This document shows, piece after piece, positions 36,937 to 47,883 of a DNA stretch of 64,000 nt. Under the pieces are notes generated by a model, which saw only the letters and a program-made list of their open reading frames with translations, did not search any database and was not told the DNA's origin. Location: the IMG/VR virus record IMGVR_UViG_3300013125_000003, positions 1-64,000 of that record; one strand, given 5' to 3'. This stretch comes from a virus. The translations under genes and the position numbers were made by a program. The stretch's first letter is position 1. Each line of letters begins with the position of its first letter.

Positions 36937-37468
36937 GGAACACATCAACGTATTCGATTTTGATGAGACCCTCTACAGAGTTCCTGGATTTACTTGCACC
37001 GAAGCGGTAGGGAAAAAACCTTACGAGTGGTTCGACGATCCAAAGTCTCTCGAAAATCACGAAACAGTATTTCCGATTCTCAACACAATAGAAAAGACTT
37101 GGGGAGAGAATTCGAAGTACGAGAACTACCTCATCACTCACAGAGTTCTTGCGTGCAAGGATGCTATCACAAAACTCTTGGAAAAGAGCGCGTGCATCTT
37201 TCACCGAGTGTACTTTTTAGGAAGGGAAGAATCCAAAGCCATGAAGCTTCTGGAGATTCTCGACGCTAACCCACAGGCAAAATCTTTGACCATTTACGAG
37301 GATTCCATGTGGGAGATCATACAATACGCGCAAATTTTAGCCGACGAAGCACCGGAATTGGAGATCAATTTCGTTTTCGTTGATAAAAGTAAAGTAATAA
37401 AACTGAGCTTATCCTCAGTCGTCCCACTTTGCGATTACCAGGACGTTGAAAGAATCAGATTGCTATGA
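36923..37468 (+). CDS. HAD-family phosphatase
   Basis: VFDFDETL, LITHR, IYEDS. Confidence 0.7.
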   Translation: MNKPKEHINVFDFDETLYRVPGFTCTEAVGKKPYEWFDDPKSLENHETVFPILNTIEKTWGENSKYENYLITHRVLACKDAITKLLEKSACIFHRVYFLGREESKAMKLLEILDANPQAKSLTIYEDSMWEIIQYAQILADEAPELEINFVFVDKSKVIKLSLSSVVPLCDYQDVERIRLL

Positions 37469-38109
37469 TACTATTTGTAGAAGGCCCGCGAGCATGCGGC
37501 AAGACTTACTTGATAAACGACTTGCTAGAGTCAGTAAACTTGGAATTGCTCAAGACTCCAGAAAAGTTCGATACTGATCCGGACATCGAGTACTACAAGT
37601 TCTACTTTGCAAATCACATCAGAACCTTAGGCTTGCAAGACATTGACAACACGCCAGCTTTGCATTATTTCAGCTTGGGTAACATCATGACCATCCTTGA
37701 AATGAATCAACAACCCCAGTACAGAGACAAGATCTGGGTCTTCGACCGAGCTATCATCTCTGCTTACGTTTGGGCAGTGTTGCGAGGTCGACTGTTACTG
37801 GTCAGAGCATGTCAAGAGTACGAAGCTCTGCTGTCATCCGACCTCTACCGAAACTGCAAGACCATAATGATCACGGTAAACCAAGATCGTAGAGAACAAG
37901 ATGTGTCAAGAAACAAGGACGTTTTTGATGGGGCTCACTCAACTGATGAGGAACTTCACCTGTTCGGACACTTCTTGGAGTTCGGAAAAGATCAGTTAGC
38001 TGACCCAGCTAGAAAAAACGGCATCTCATTCATCACCAACCACTTTGACCAAGAATCCGTTGATAGTTTTGTTGCAGAAGGTAAAAAGCTTTTAGGCATC
38101 TCGGCTTAA
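37465..38109 (+). CDS. P-loop nucleotide kinase (dNMP/thymidylate kinase-like)
   Basis: VEGPRACGKT, FDRAIISAYV. Confidence 0.7.
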   Translation: MILFVEGPRACGKTYLINDLLESVNLELLKTPEKFDTDPDIEYYKFYFANHIRTLGLQDIDNTPALHYFSLGNIMTILEMNQQPQYRDKIWVFDRAIISAYVWAVLRGRLLLVRACQEYEALLSSDLYRNCKTIMITVNQDRREQDVSRNKDVFDGAHSTDEELHLFGHFLEFGKDQLADPARKNGISFITNHFDQESVDSFVAEGKKLLGISA

Positions 38110-38135
38110 TAAATAACAAAAATAGTCAAAATGCG

Positions 38136-38693
38136 ATGCTTAAAAAGTTCACGAAAGATTTCAAAGAGTTCGTAAACGAGTCAGCCGAATCTAAAGTCAG
38201 AGGAATTTCTCTCGAAGAGTTCCTTCCTCTTTTTTCAGAATTGGTGATGATGTGTCCTAATTTAGAAGAATTCAATTACCCGAGTGATATACACGGTCAC
38301 GCAAGTCGAGTAATCGAACTCAGCAGAAACGGAAAATCTGGAGAACCATGGATGTTCACTAAAGAATCTGGGTTATCTGAGATGGAAAAGAAGCTGAACG
38401 AGATTGAAGAATTTTACAGGAAACATTATGACGGAAAGGACAAACCTGTATTCTACGTGTGGAACGTGTCCACCAAAGGGTTAAAGTACAGAGAATTGGA
38501 AAAACGTCTCGAAGAAGTAGGTGGATTACCAAAATCTGAACAGGACTTTAAACTTCCGCAACTTATCGATTTACTCAAAAATGATGAAACTCTTAGAAAC
38601 GCGGTCACTAGAGTAAGCGCATCTCTGGATTCCATCTCTTCGACTGAATTTGGAAAAGCAATGAGTCGCGGTGATTTCGGACCACTGGACTAA
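38136..38693 (+). CDS. Late protein with targeting-like N-terminus
   Basis: ATAAATA 38109-38115; MLKKFTKDFKEFVNES. Confidence 0.7.
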   Translation: MLKKFTKDFKEFVNESAESKVRGISLEEFLPLFSELVMMCPNLEEFNYPSDIHGHASRVIELSRNGKSGEPWMFTKESGLSEMEKKLNEIEEFYRKHYDGKDKPVFYVWNVSTKGLKYRELEKRLEEVGGLPKSEQDFKLPQLIDLLKNDETLRNAVTRVSASLDSISSTEFGKAMSRGDFGPLD

Positions 38694-38706
38694 CAAAATC
38701 AAAAGC

Positions 38707-40842
38707 ATGGCAGGTTTAGCACATTTAAAGGACGTCTTAGACAAATACGGACAGGATTTCGTCGAAAACTTACTCAACAAGACGGTCATCGTCAACGAGA
38801 AGATGGACGGAGCGTTTTTCGGTTTGATGAAAGACGATCATGGAAAGATAGAGTACTTCAAGAGAAACGGCCCAATATCGTACGTGGACAGAGTCCTTAG
38901 CAAGTACTTTGAGCCTGCTATTTCATACTTGGAAAGCAAGAAGAGCGAGATCACGCCAAACATTCCGCCGAATTACTACTTCGGAATGGAATACTTTTCC
39001 GACAAAAAACCCCAGACCATATCGTACGATAATCTTCCCAAGAATCACCTGATCTTGAGCTACATACACCTTCTCAAGAAAAACGGAGAAGTAAAGGAAA
39101 CCATACAGAGCAGGGAAGAACTCAACAAATGGGCAGACGTTCTAGGAATAGAAAGACCTCCGATCATCTTCCGGGGCAAATTAAGCCCAGAACAAAAGAA
39201 ACAGATACACGAATTCATATACACATCATTCGACAAATTGGTAGAAAAGTTCAAGACCACATCTTTTACTAGGTACATCGTTTCGATCCTAAACCCATCT
39301 CTTGAAAAATCGTTCCTCCAGGATTCTCTGGACAAGGACATTGAGGGAATAGTTTTCAGGTTTTACGATGAGTCAGCTAGAGGAGAAGAACCGGTGTTCC
39401 TAGCAAAACTGATAGATCCTACTTTTCAGGAAGGAGCAAAGAAGCGGTCTGCTGAGGATAGGAAGAAGAGTGATGACTACATCTGGATCATCGTGATCGA
39501 CCTCATGAACTTCATCGAACAATACCCGGTTAGCGAGTTAAGAGAAATTCCAATGAATGGTGAGACTTACGAGGAACGTTACGTTTCTCTAGTCAATCAC
39601 ATATACTTGGAATTCGTGAAGGAATTCGGAGAAAAGTACAGGGACCTAGACATTCAGATACCTGATTTTCTGCAAAGAGACGATTTCAACGTGAATTTCG
39701 GTCTCATCAACAACCCTAGAGTAACATCGATGATCGAATCGAACCCTAATTTCAAGGAAATTTACCGAGTCTTCATCAACATGTTCAGAAAGAAAAAGAT
39801 CAAGGTGAACTCATCGTTCTTTACCAAAGAGATGAAAGAGAACCTTAACGATCAGATCGACAAAATTAGCAGAGTAATCATGGGAGATTCAATCTACGAA
39901 AATTACTTCCCAACGTTCAAGGAGTTCGTCGGTGAAGAAAAGGATCCGGGCTACTTTGAGACATTCAAGCAGGTGGAAGATAGGAAAACTAAACCTGTAA
40001 ATTTGATCATCTCTGACTTTCAACCAATACACCCAGGACACATAAAATCTGCACAGAGCTTGTTCAACGAGAACGGGTTGCCGTGCTTGATGGTGTGCGT
40101 CCACCCAGGAAACACCAGCAAAGCTCGGCCGTTCAAGAAGGAAACCGTGATAAACGGGTTGCAGAGACTAGCAAACGTTCACCACAGTTTTATCGAAGGC
40201 TACGTTATCGTTTCGGACGGAGAAGTAGAAAGCTTGTTAAAGATAATAAAGCCGAACTACGAACCTAACATCATCGCTGCTAACAGAAGCAGGATAAGAG
40301 ATCTAGCTCTGCAGATCGAATTAGCTAAGAAACGTTCACGAAACTTAAACCTGAAGAAGGACATTAGACTGATGGAACTTCCATCTGCTGGCATAAAGGA
40401 CGTCATAATGAACACCGTCAAGAACGGTGATTACGCAGGTTTTAAGTCAGCAGCTCCTCAGGAGATACACTCTGACTTTTACAGCATGAACCAAGACCTG
40501 ATGGAAAAATTGAACGAATCCACCTTACCTCAGTTCAAATCGCCAGGCATTCCAGTAGTAGAGATCGATAGCTCAGCGGTAAACGAATCGATCGATCCGT
40601 TATTGAACGTTGAATCTGCTGAGGAGGATGATGTACAAACGGTCGTAGTTATATCGGAAAAGGAAGAAAAGATACTGAGGGAAGCTAAAAAGTCGGAAGA
40701 AGAGCGTGATCGACGTATCGCAGAAGCTGTGAAATTTGCTAATGAACACCCAGAAGATCCAGGGCTTTACCCAGGTTACACACAATCAATGATGATGGGA
40801 GCGGGAACCTCAGGTACTTCTGGTCTCGCAAAGACCGAATAA
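38707..40842 (+). CDS. RNA-ligase-like domain fused to an HxGH nucleotidyltransferase
   Basis: EKMDG, GMEYF, EGIVFR, AKLID; then FQPIHPGH; linker YFPTFKEFVGE. Confidence 0.7.
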   Translation: MAGLAHLKDVLDKYGQDFVENLLNKTVIVNEKMDGAFFGLMKDDHGKIEYFKRNGPISYVDRVLSKYFEPAISYLESKKSEITPNIPPNYYFGMEYFSDKKPQTISYDNLPKNHLILSYIHLLKKNGEVKETIQSREELNKWADVLGIERPPIIFRGKLSPEQKKQIHEFIYTSFDKLVEKFKTTSFTRYIVSILNPSLEKSFLQDSLDKDIEGIVFRFYDESARGEEPVFLAKLIDPTFQEGAKKRSAEDRKKSDDYIWIIVIDLMNFIEQYPVSELREIPMNGETYEERYVSLVNHIYLEFVKEFGEKYRDLDIQIPDFLQRDDFNVNFGLINNPRVTSMIESNPNFKEIYRVFINMFRKKKIKVNSSFFTKEMKENLNDQIDKISRVIMGDSIYENYFPTFKEFVGEEKDPGYFETFKQVEDRKTKPVNLIISDFQPIHPGHIKSAQSLFNENGLPCLMVCVHPGNTSKARPFKKETVINGLQRLANVHHSFIEGYVIVSDGEVESLLKIIKPNYEPNIIAANRSRIRDLALQIELAKKRSRNLNLKKDIRLMELPSAGIKDVIMNTVKNGDYAGFKSAAPQEIHSDFYSMNQDLMEKLNESTLPQFKSPGIPVVEIDSSAVNESIDPLLNVESAEEDDVQTVVVISEKEEKILREAKKSEEERDRRIAEAVKFANEHPEDPGLYPGYTQSMMMGAGTSGTSGLAKTE

Positions 40843-40845
40843 TAC

Positions 40846-40874
40846 AAAAAAAAGCTCCTTTCGGAGCTTTTTTT
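40846..40874. terminator. Bidirectional terminator
   Basis: A8-GCTCC-TTTC-GGAGC-T7 between convergent genes. Confidence 0.85.
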
Positions 40875-40893
40875 ATGCATTCTTTAACGAACC

Positions 40894-42471
40894 TTAAAAT
40901 AAAGTAGTGAACTCGCCGTTGGTGAAGTTCAAGTGCTGTGCCTTTCCATCCTCGTGAACGATCACATGAGACTGAAGCCAGCTGCTAGGACCAATGTTAT
41001 AGTTGACTCTAAGTTTCGTCGAAGTTCCGACCGCTAAAGCTCCGTCCTTTCTTCCTGGTGAGTGATAGTGTCCGACTATGATCTTCGTGTTGAGGTTTCT
41101 GTACTGGGACAGAGAACCGTAAGTGCCGTTGGTTCCGATATCACCGTGCTGAGCAAGTTCCCAATCCTTTATGATGAAACTCTCGTTTCTGCTGAGAGTT
41201 ACGAAGTTTGGAAATCTCTGCTTGATGATGTACGGAATGACTCCGTTCTTGGCTTTTCTGCTAAGGATTAGAGCTGCGTACTCCATGTACTCTAACGAGT
41301 TCTTCAGAGTTCCTGCTTTTCTCCAGTCAGACGTTTGCAACCAACGATCGAGAAAATCATCGTGATTTCCTCTGACAATTACGGTCGTAAATTCGTTGCT
41401 GTCAAAATCTTCCAATCCTTCGAGAAGAGCCTCAACCTCATCCTTCAGAGAGTTTGTACCGTTCATCTCCCGTTCGTACTGAACGAAAGGATTCTTCATG
41501 TCATGGTGATTTATGGATAGACCGTCGAACACATCGTGAAGGACAACGTGCCTAGGTTTCATCACTCTAAAGAAATCGATAGTCTTATCGATGATTTCCT
41601 GGTCGTGTTGGCCGAAGTGTATGTCACCGAATATGATAGCTGCGATCGTGTCCACCTTTTTAATTGAACTGATCTTAAACTCTTCATCATACTCTACTTT
41701 ACTGTTCAAGTCGGTGAAATTACCGTTATCCGTGGCGGTGATCTGCCTTACGAAGAATGTATCATCGTCCTTTATCTCAATGATAACGAACCCTAACGTA
41801 TGGTGGAACTCGCCTTTCTTGCCGGATTTTGAATCAGTGTAATTCTTTACCGTACAGGCGCCGGTCGTTACCATTATCTTAGGAAGGTTACCTTCTAGGA
41901 CTGGAACAGTTTCCATCTGAACTTTTGGCGATCCAAACACGCAGGAGTGAACTCCAGTTAAACCACGAAGACCCGTCATCGGGTCAGTTGCAGTAGGTTG
42001 GATCTTGATGTCTGACATTATCCACATGTTCTTGTGGACGTTGTGCCGGTTAGCGTCGAGGTATTCCTCGATCCTTTCGTCCCACGTATCGTAATTCTTA
42101 TCTGTGAATACTGACGTTGGGTTCTTGTACCGTCCTGCGATCACGTGAATGTCCGCGTTTATTTGTTCAGCGTACTTTTCAAGGTTAGAAACGAACGCTT
42201 CGTGAATCGGGGTGTCGTTCTGAGCCCAGGTGATGAGGAATCGCTTCTTGGTGCTCAATTGGCGTTCTTTTGCCTTTATGAGCTGAGGAGATTCTACCAT
42301 AGCTTTTTCGGTTAAACCTAACCGAGCCAACCACTTGGACACGGTTCGTTCCGATTTGTTAAGGTAGCTGCTTAATCTGTTCATTCGTTCATCCCAGCTG
42401 AGAGTAGGGTGCCAGTATATGGCTTTGATGTCTGAGATGTTCTCTTGGGTTAGATCTTCAAATTTCATCAA
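40894..42471 (-). CDS. Calcineurin-like metallophosphoesterase with N-terminal HTH
   Basis: GDIH, HDVFDG, GNHD, HGD, GHYHS. Confidence 0.8.
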   Translation of the reverse strand: MMKFEDLTQENISDIKAIYWHPTLSWDERMNRLSSYLNKSERTVSKWLARLGLTEKAMVESPQLIKAKERQLSTKKRFLITWAQNDTPIHEAFVSNLEKYAEQINADIHVIAGRYKNPTSVFTDKNYDTWDERIEEYLDANRHNVHKNMWIMSDIKIQPTATDPMTGLRGLTGVHSCVFGSPKVQMETVPVLEGNLPKIMVTTGACTVKNYTDSKSGKKGEFHHTLGFVIIEIKDDDTFFVRQITATDNGNFTDLNSKVEYDEEFKISSIKKVDTIAAIIFGDIHFGQHDQEIIDKTIDFFRVMKPRHVVLHDVFDGLSINHHDMKNPFVQYEREMNGTNSLKDEVEALLEGLEDFDSNEFTTVIVRGNHDDFLDRWLQTSDWRKAGTLKNSLEYMEYAALILSRKAKNGVIPYIIKQRFPNFVTLSRNESFIIKDWELAQHGDIGTNGTYGSLSQYRNLNTKIIVGHYHSPGRKDGALAVGTSTKLRVNYNIGPSSWLQSHVIVHEDGKAQHLNFTNGEFTTLF

Positions 42472-42571
42472 ATCTAGGTTATTACAGTTTAATGTATCTA
42501 TATTTTACACGTATGCTATATAAAGTTTTGGGCACACTTTCTTCCAAGAAGATCAGAATAAATAACCAAGT

Positions 42572-42757
42572 ATGGAAAAGACCCACCAGAACTACAGGAA
42601 CTACCGAGCTGGCAAAGAACCTCTTAAGAATGCGGTTCTGCAGCACCCAGAAGGTAACAGTGTTTACGATTACCTAAAGAGTAAAGTGAACAGAGACCTT
42701 TGGGTGATCCCGTTTGGTCGGTGGGAACAGAAACAAAAAAAGCTCAGGTCAAGATGA
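42572..42757 (+). CDS. Small late protein
   Basis: ATAAATA 42558-42564; ATGA overlap with next gene. Confidence 0.6.
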   Translation: MEKTHQNYRNYRAGKEPLKNAVLQHPEGNSVYDYLKSKVNRDLWVIPFGRWEQKQKKLRSR

Positions 42758-43239
42758 TCGAAATCGAACAAATGCCGACTTTTCCGATAGAGCCGGAAGA
42801 AACACAAGAAGTCGTAGCTGACGTTACAACTCCACCAGCTGAGCAGGTAACTGAGGAAACTACCGTAGCGGAATTCATGCTATCGTTGTTTCAAATAGCT
42901 GACCAAGCTAAGATAATTCACCTGCAAACTGATTCAGACACTGAACACCGTCATTTTGGCTTGTTCTATGACACTTTCACTGGTCAGATAGACGCTCTCA
43001 TAGAAGGGATTGCCGGTAAGTACGGTGCACAGACTCTTAAGTTTGGACAAGCACAGATCGTTCTGTACGACAGAGAAGAAGCAATTCAAATCTTCTTCGA
43101 AGTCGTTGACCAGACTCTGCGACTGAAATTTGCTTCCCTGTTCGACAAGGAAACCGATTCGGAACTGTACAACATGGTCGACGAGATGATCACTCTCAAG
43201 AACAAGGTTCAGTACCTTCTGCAGATGAAAAGAAACTAA
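42754..43239 (+). CDS. Ferritin/Dps-like four-helix protein
   Basis: AKIIHLQT...EHRHFG..YD....IDALIE..GKYG...NKVQYLL. Confidence 0.7.
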   Translation: MIEIEQMPTFPIEPEETQEVVADVTTPPAEQVTEETTVAEFMLSLFQIADQAKIIHLQTDSDTEHRHFGLFYDTFTGQIDALIEGIAGKYGAQTLKFGQAQIVLYDREEAIQIFFEVVDQTLRLKFASLFDKETDSELYNMVDEMITLKNKVQYLLQMKRN

Positions 43240-43245
43240 TCGCGA

Positions 43246-44865
43246 ATGTTCAAAGTAAAAAAGTTTCAACAGTTCGAGAACTTGCTGCTAGAAGCGGACA
43301 TCATCCGGTTCGAAGATCAATTTTCTGGAATAAACCAGGATTTTCGTCACAACGCTGGAAGCGAGAGTCAGGAAGAAGAAAGCGATCCGAACGCGGAAGC
43401 TTGGAAGAGGTTAGACTACCTCATAGACATGCTTTTGGACAGAGGGATAGTTGACCTAGAACAAGCCCTAAAGGATCCGATCTACCAAAAAGAGTTCGGT
43501 TCTGTTAGGGGAATGGAAATATCTACAGCTTACTTGGAATACTGCCGAAAGAAGATACGCCGACTCAGCATAAGGCTGGACGAGGAGTTCAAAAAAGAGG
43601 ACCGCGATGTCGAAGCGATTCAGAGAATCGCAGCAGAACGGATCCAAGTAGCAGCAAGAGTCCAAGCTCTGGAAAGAATCTACGAAGCGTTTAAGCTCTT
43701 GAAACAAGAGGAATTGGACAGAATAGCTGACGAGATACTCAAGAAAGTTGCCAGCATAAAGGACGAAGTTTCGTCCCAGAACGATAACACCATCGTTGAA
43801 ATAGGAAAACTCATCCAGCCGGAAATGGCACAGGTTATGGACTCTGACACCCAGCAGGAAGGAAAGGAACACAGCGCAACGAAGGTGATAACAACTCTCA
43901 TCGCGTTGGAAAAAGTTCTTCCGTTTTACGGAGAGGAAACCAAAGCTGCAGCAGAACAAGCAAAAGGAACTGTAGAGAAAACGATAAAGGATGCGATCGG
44001 AGAGGAACGGTATCAGACGATATACCGAACGATACTTTCCAACGATCATGAAGTGCAGATTCTAAAGAGAATACTGAACTTACGTCACCAGAACTTTACG
44101 AGCGAACAGGAAATTTTCAAGGAAATTGATGCTATCAAGATCTCGATAAACGGCTTGGAAGGAGTTCGTAACGGCCGCCCTCTGTCAAAACCAGAAGTCA
44201 TAGAATTCCTAAAAAAGACGTTGGCAGAAGAATCTGAATACGTTCTCGGAAGAGCTAGAGAAAAGACGATAACTTTAAAGGACGCTAAGGGCATTCACTT
44301 CGATTTTAGAACGAAGTTGAAACTGCACGAAGCGGTTGATCTACCTGTGACAGGAAAGCAGATAGCTGACGCTACTTGGCTCATGAAATTTAGGAAGAGA
44401 TTCACTTACATAATGAACTTGCTTCCGGTCGGCCAGACGCCGGTAACCCCAGCTGGACAAGCTTGGGCAAGCCTCGGAAAGCAGACTCACAAGCTCTACG
44501 CTGTCGCTCTAAACAGTGCTGGAAAATTCATAGGAAAGATGTTAAAAGGAAGAGAAGGACAGATGAAAGGTGACGCTGTTACCAGGCTGTTCATCCCGGA
44601 CACCGGAGTTCTTGACGAACCAGGTCCGTTAGCACCAAACGCTGTTTCGGAAGAAGTAGCACCTGGCGTTTCCATGCAGGTTCCTGGTTCCATAGGTTCC
44701 ATGGGTCCGATCGTTCCTCCTACCGAAAATTCAATAGGTTCAGGCGATAATTTTAGCCCAAAGAAGAAAAAGAAGAAAAGAAGAAGCGTTTACGAGGAAA
44801 GAATGCAGATCATGAACTTCGACGCGTTCGTATCAAAAAATAACAGAATCGGAAATGGCATTTGA
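43246..44865 (+). CDS. Large helical late protein with targeting-like motifs at both ends
   Basis: MFKVKKFQQFENLLLE; C-terminal GSGD..KKKKKK..IMNFDAFV. Confidence 0.7.
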   Translation: MFKVKKFQQFENLLLEADIIRFEDQFSGINQDFRHNAGSESQEEESDPNAEAWKRLDYLIDMLLDRGIVDLEQALKDPIYQKEFGSVRGMEISTAYLEYCRKKIRRLSIRLDEEFKKEDRDVEAIQRIAAERIQVAARVQALERIYEAFKLLKQEELDRIADEILKKVASIKDEVSSQNDNTIVEIGKLIQPEMAQVMDSDTQQEGKEHSATKVITTLIALEKVLPFYGEETKAAAEQAKGTVEKTIKDAIGEERYQTIYRTILSNDHEVQILKRILNLRHQNFTSEQEIFKEIDAIKISINGLEGVRNGRPLSKPEVIEFLKKTLAEESEYVLGRAREKTITLKDAKGIHFDFRTKLKLHEAVDLPVTGKQIADATWLMKFRKRFTYIMNLLPVGQTPVTPAGQAWASLGKQTHKLYAVALNSAGKFIGKMLKGREGQMKGDAVTRLFIPDTGVLDEPGPLAPNAVSEEVAPGVSMQVPGSIGSMGPIVPPTENSIGSGDNFSPKKKKKKRRSVYEERMQIMNFDAFVSKNNRIGNGI

Positions 44866-45568
44866 ACTCGGAGATAAAGTGATGGTCAGAGCAAACTCAG
44901 ACGAACTTGAAAGCGAACTCTTTCAAGCTATTGACAGGGTTCGTGCTGAGATAACCGAAATCTACTCAACCGATTACGAGCCGGACATTAAACGGTACGA
45001 AGTCACTCTTGAAAATCCGATCGAAGTGAAAGGGGAACGACTAGCTGTCGTTCCAGGACTCTACGAGGATAACTTAGAAAAAGCAGGAGGGAAGGAAAAA
45101 CCTGTCGCTGAAAACAGAGCTGTCACCAAGTTTGCACTCTTCGAAAACAAGATGGAAGAATCTTCCTGGTACTACGGTTTAGCAGATTGCCACGGGATAG
45201 AATCGTTCATAAAGGAACCGGAAGAAGCAAAGGATTGGACGGATTTTGAGGAACTATTTACGGTCGGGGTTCTTTCGATAGACCCAACCGAACTTCCAGG
45301 GAAAAGAGCGTACAATATGCAAATAGGAATGATCATCAGGAGGGCAAAAGCGAACATTCAAAGGTTTCCGGTTGTGTACAGAGCAAAGTTAAAAGGACGC
45401 GATGCTACAGTAATAGATCGAATGCTGAACAAAGGTCTCTACGAGGAAGCCTTGACCTACCTTAAGGAAAAGTCCGAACACACTCAGTTGGCTAAGAGAC
45501 TGGGCGGAATGAACGCTGAAAGCAATTGGGAAAAAATCCCCAACCCAGAACTCGATTCAATGTATTAG
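44855..45568 (+). CDS. Hypothetical late protein
   Basis: FELGDKV N-domain; internal AVTKFALFE; ends in TAG. Confidence 0.65.
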   Translation: MAFELGDKVMVRANSDELESELFQAIDRVRAEITEIYSTDYEPDIKRYEVTLENPIEVKGERLAVVPGLYEDNLEKAGGKEKPVAENRAVTKFALFENKMEESSWYYGLADCHGIESFIKEPEEAKDWTDFEELFTVGVLSIDPTELPGKRAYNMQIGMIIRRAKANIQRFPVVYRAKLKGRDATVIDRMLNKGLYEEALTYLKEKSEHTQLAKRLGGMNAESNWEKIPNPELDSMY

Positions 45569-45670
45569 GATCACCCAGAAATGATAAGCTTTTAAGTTGA
45601 TAAGAACATAAGAACCTATTTTTAGGTTTACCTGAGTTCATCCTACCATTTGAAGGAAGGAAATTCAAAG

Positions 45671-45697
45671 ACGCCAGCCTAGAAGCTAGGCGTTTTT
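45671..45697 (+). terminator. Rho-independent terminator
   Basis: ACGCC-AGC-CTAGAA-GCT-AGGCGT-TTTT. Confidence 0.55.
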
Positions 45698-45749
45698 CGT
45701 TTGATCAGTTTTCCGGCGATAATAAATAACAAAAATAGAGCCAATAAAG

Positions 45750-47873
45750 ATGGGCTATGGTCTTCTAGGTTTTTTCACCAAACAAACAGCAAACACAGTA
45801 GCTAACGGCACCAACGTGTGGCCAAGTAGCCAAAATTCGTCGACTGTCGAACTGCTAAAAGTCGAGCAAGCATTTAGCGGAGTAAACTACCTAGAGGCAC
45901 TAGCTCAAACGACTAAGGGTTCGTTGGGCCAGTACTTATCGGGCGAAGCGGACAAGCAGTCTGGCGGGTCAATCATATCGGCTGACACCGATTCAATATT
46001 CAACAAGTTCTCCATCTTTAAGTACTCAAAGTTCATAAACGGAGCAGCTTACCAACCAGATGCGCACTTTATAGGTTACTCTTCAAAACCTAGCGGTGAT
46101 CCGTACACTGATACTGTGAACCAAAACGTGGCTGACGGATTTCAGGTGTTGATCGATAAGGATCAAACTAGCAAGGCGGCAGCGGTCGATGCTAACCTGC
46201 AGGACATGTACCAGAAATCCATCGACGATAATCTCAAGAGAATGCAGGCCATAAAAAATTCGGCAAACAATTACGCCGTTAAGAATTACTCAACCATCGC
46301 TAACCCTACCGCTAAGAATCTGATACAGTGGGCAGGCACCCAATCGATGGAAAGCGTGACAGGTTTTCAACCTTACGCGATGACTGATTTTATGTTCTGC
46401 AAGAACTACGGAAAGATTCCTAACAATAGGCTAGTAACTCTTCGGAGGTACCCGTTTCCTATCGACGATCTAATCAGAGCTCCAGGAAACCTAAACCCTA
46501 TTCCAATTGCGCAAGCCGTAACTTGGTTCGGGGACGGAACGGACAACGCCCTGTCGAACATCGGTTTCATGAATTGGGGATTACGCTGGGAAATGGTTGG
46601 GCCGATCGACGATCCTCAGATACTCGAAGGAAACGAAGTGACCGTTACTGACTTGATGAAAGTGTTCAAGGACATTCCTAAATTACAGAAACTCGGAGAA
46701 CGGTTGGAAGCAGTTTACGTTGGTCTGAACGGCCAGGATGCTCAGCTTACCCAGCTCACCAGAGTTGAAGAAAAACTTCAGAAATACTCCAGAGAACTCT
46801 ATACTCAGGGTCCTTACTGGAACAGAATATACGGTCCGGTTAACGTGGTGAACGCTTCAACTAGAAGAGCTAGAGGAGTGCAGGACGGCTGGAACACACC
46901 GTTTACCTTGAATTTTCACTATTCTTTCAGGTCGTTCAGCGGGTTGAGCCCAAAGATAGTTGCCCTGGATCTCATAGCGAGCTTCTTGAACCTAACGTAC
47001 AATGACGCACCGTTCTTGGGTCAGCTAGCTAGGTATTTTCCTAGGTTAGGAGTAAAATTTGACGAAACCACAACTCAGATGCTGGGCAGACTTTTAACTG
47101 AATGGGGAACAAAATTTAACGGAGACCTTAACACTATGTTAGCTAAAATGGAACCTGTGCTAAACGCAATACAGGCATCAGTTGGTGAAACTGTTAGTAA
47201 CATGGAACAAGCTATAAAAGCTGGAAAAGCTGGAGAAAAAATAGAAGAAAAATTCGTAAACCTCACTCAAGCTGGAACAGCTCTTGCGTTAGCCGATGCT
47301 ATTCCTTATTTGATCTCTATCAAATCCGCTCTGTCAGACCGGCCGATCGGAGAATGGCACCTAGTTGTAGGAAACCCGATGAATCCAATCATGACAATGG
47401 GAGACCTCGTCGTGTCGAACTGCATCTTAAAGTTCGACGAAGAAATGGGACCTGACGATTTTCCGACCGGCTGTACATTTACAGTAAAACTCCAGCAAGG
47501 AAAGCCTAGGGACAAAGCTGCTATTGAACGAATGTTCAACTTGGGTGAAGCTAAGTTGATGTTCACCAAGCTAAGAAATCCATCGTCAGCCGATGATACC
47601 TTTAGCGAAACTAACGATACCAGATTCAAACAGTTCTTCTCTACAAGCACAGGAGAAAAAGGTGCAAACGAACTGACAGACGACGATAAACAAGCTATCC
47701 AGCAGCAATTGGGAACCGGCTCGTTCGATCGTTACAGAAACAGAATACGAAAATCGTACGGGTACGCACCGCAGATGAACGGTAAAAATCCTGTTTCTGG
47801 AGATTCGACCGTTGATCGAATGGACGATTCTCTGTTGTGGTTGTACTTCGATAAGGATTTGACAAAAACTTAA
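45750..47873 (+). CDS. Putative baseplate/tail structural protein
   Basis: ATAAATA 45722-45728; first gene of the baseplate operon; GEWHLVVGNPMNPI..GDL...FD..G.DDFP tube/hub-like tail. Confidence 0.6.
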   Translation: MGYGLLGFFTKQTANTVANGTNVWPSSQNSSTVELLKVEQAFSGVNYLEALAQTTKGSLGQYLSGEADKQSGGSIISADTDSIFNKFSIFKYSKFINGAAYQPDAHFIGYSSKPSGDPYTDTVNQNVADGFQVLIDKDQTSKAAAVDANLQDMYQKSIDDNLKRMQAIKNSANNYAVKNYSTIANPTAKNLIQWAGTQSMESVTGFQPYAMTDFMFCKNYGKIPNNRLVTLRRYPFPIDDLIRAPGNLNPIPIAQAVTWFGDGTDNALSNIGFMNWGLRWEMVGPIDDPQILEGNEVTVTDLMKVFKDIPKLQKLGERLEAVYVGLNGQDAQLTQLTRVEEKLQKYSRELYTQGPYWNRIYGPVNVVNASTRRARGVQDGWNTPFTLNFHYSFRSFSGLSPKIVALDLIASFLNLTYNDAPFLGQLARYFPRLGVKFDETTTQMLGRLLTEWGTKFNGDLNTMLAKMEPVLNAIQASVGETVSNMEQAIKAGKAGEKIEEKFVNLTQAGTALALADAIPYLISIKSALSDRPIGEWHLVVGNPMNPIMTMGDLVVSNCILKFDEEMGPDDFPTGCTFTVKLQQGKPRDKAAIERMFNLGEAKLMFTKLRNPSSADDTFSETNDTRFKQFFSTSTGEKGANELTDDDKQAIQQQLGTGSFDRYRNRIRKSYGYAPQMNGKNPVSGDSTVDRMDDSLLWLYFDKDLTKT

Positions 47874-47883
47874 CAGATGACGC

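Noticed and set aside
43468-44049. 193-aa antisense ORF and similar shadow ORFs (8706-9173, 19585-20052, 26307-26825)
   Set aside because: They lie within well-supported genes and have no motifs or promoters.
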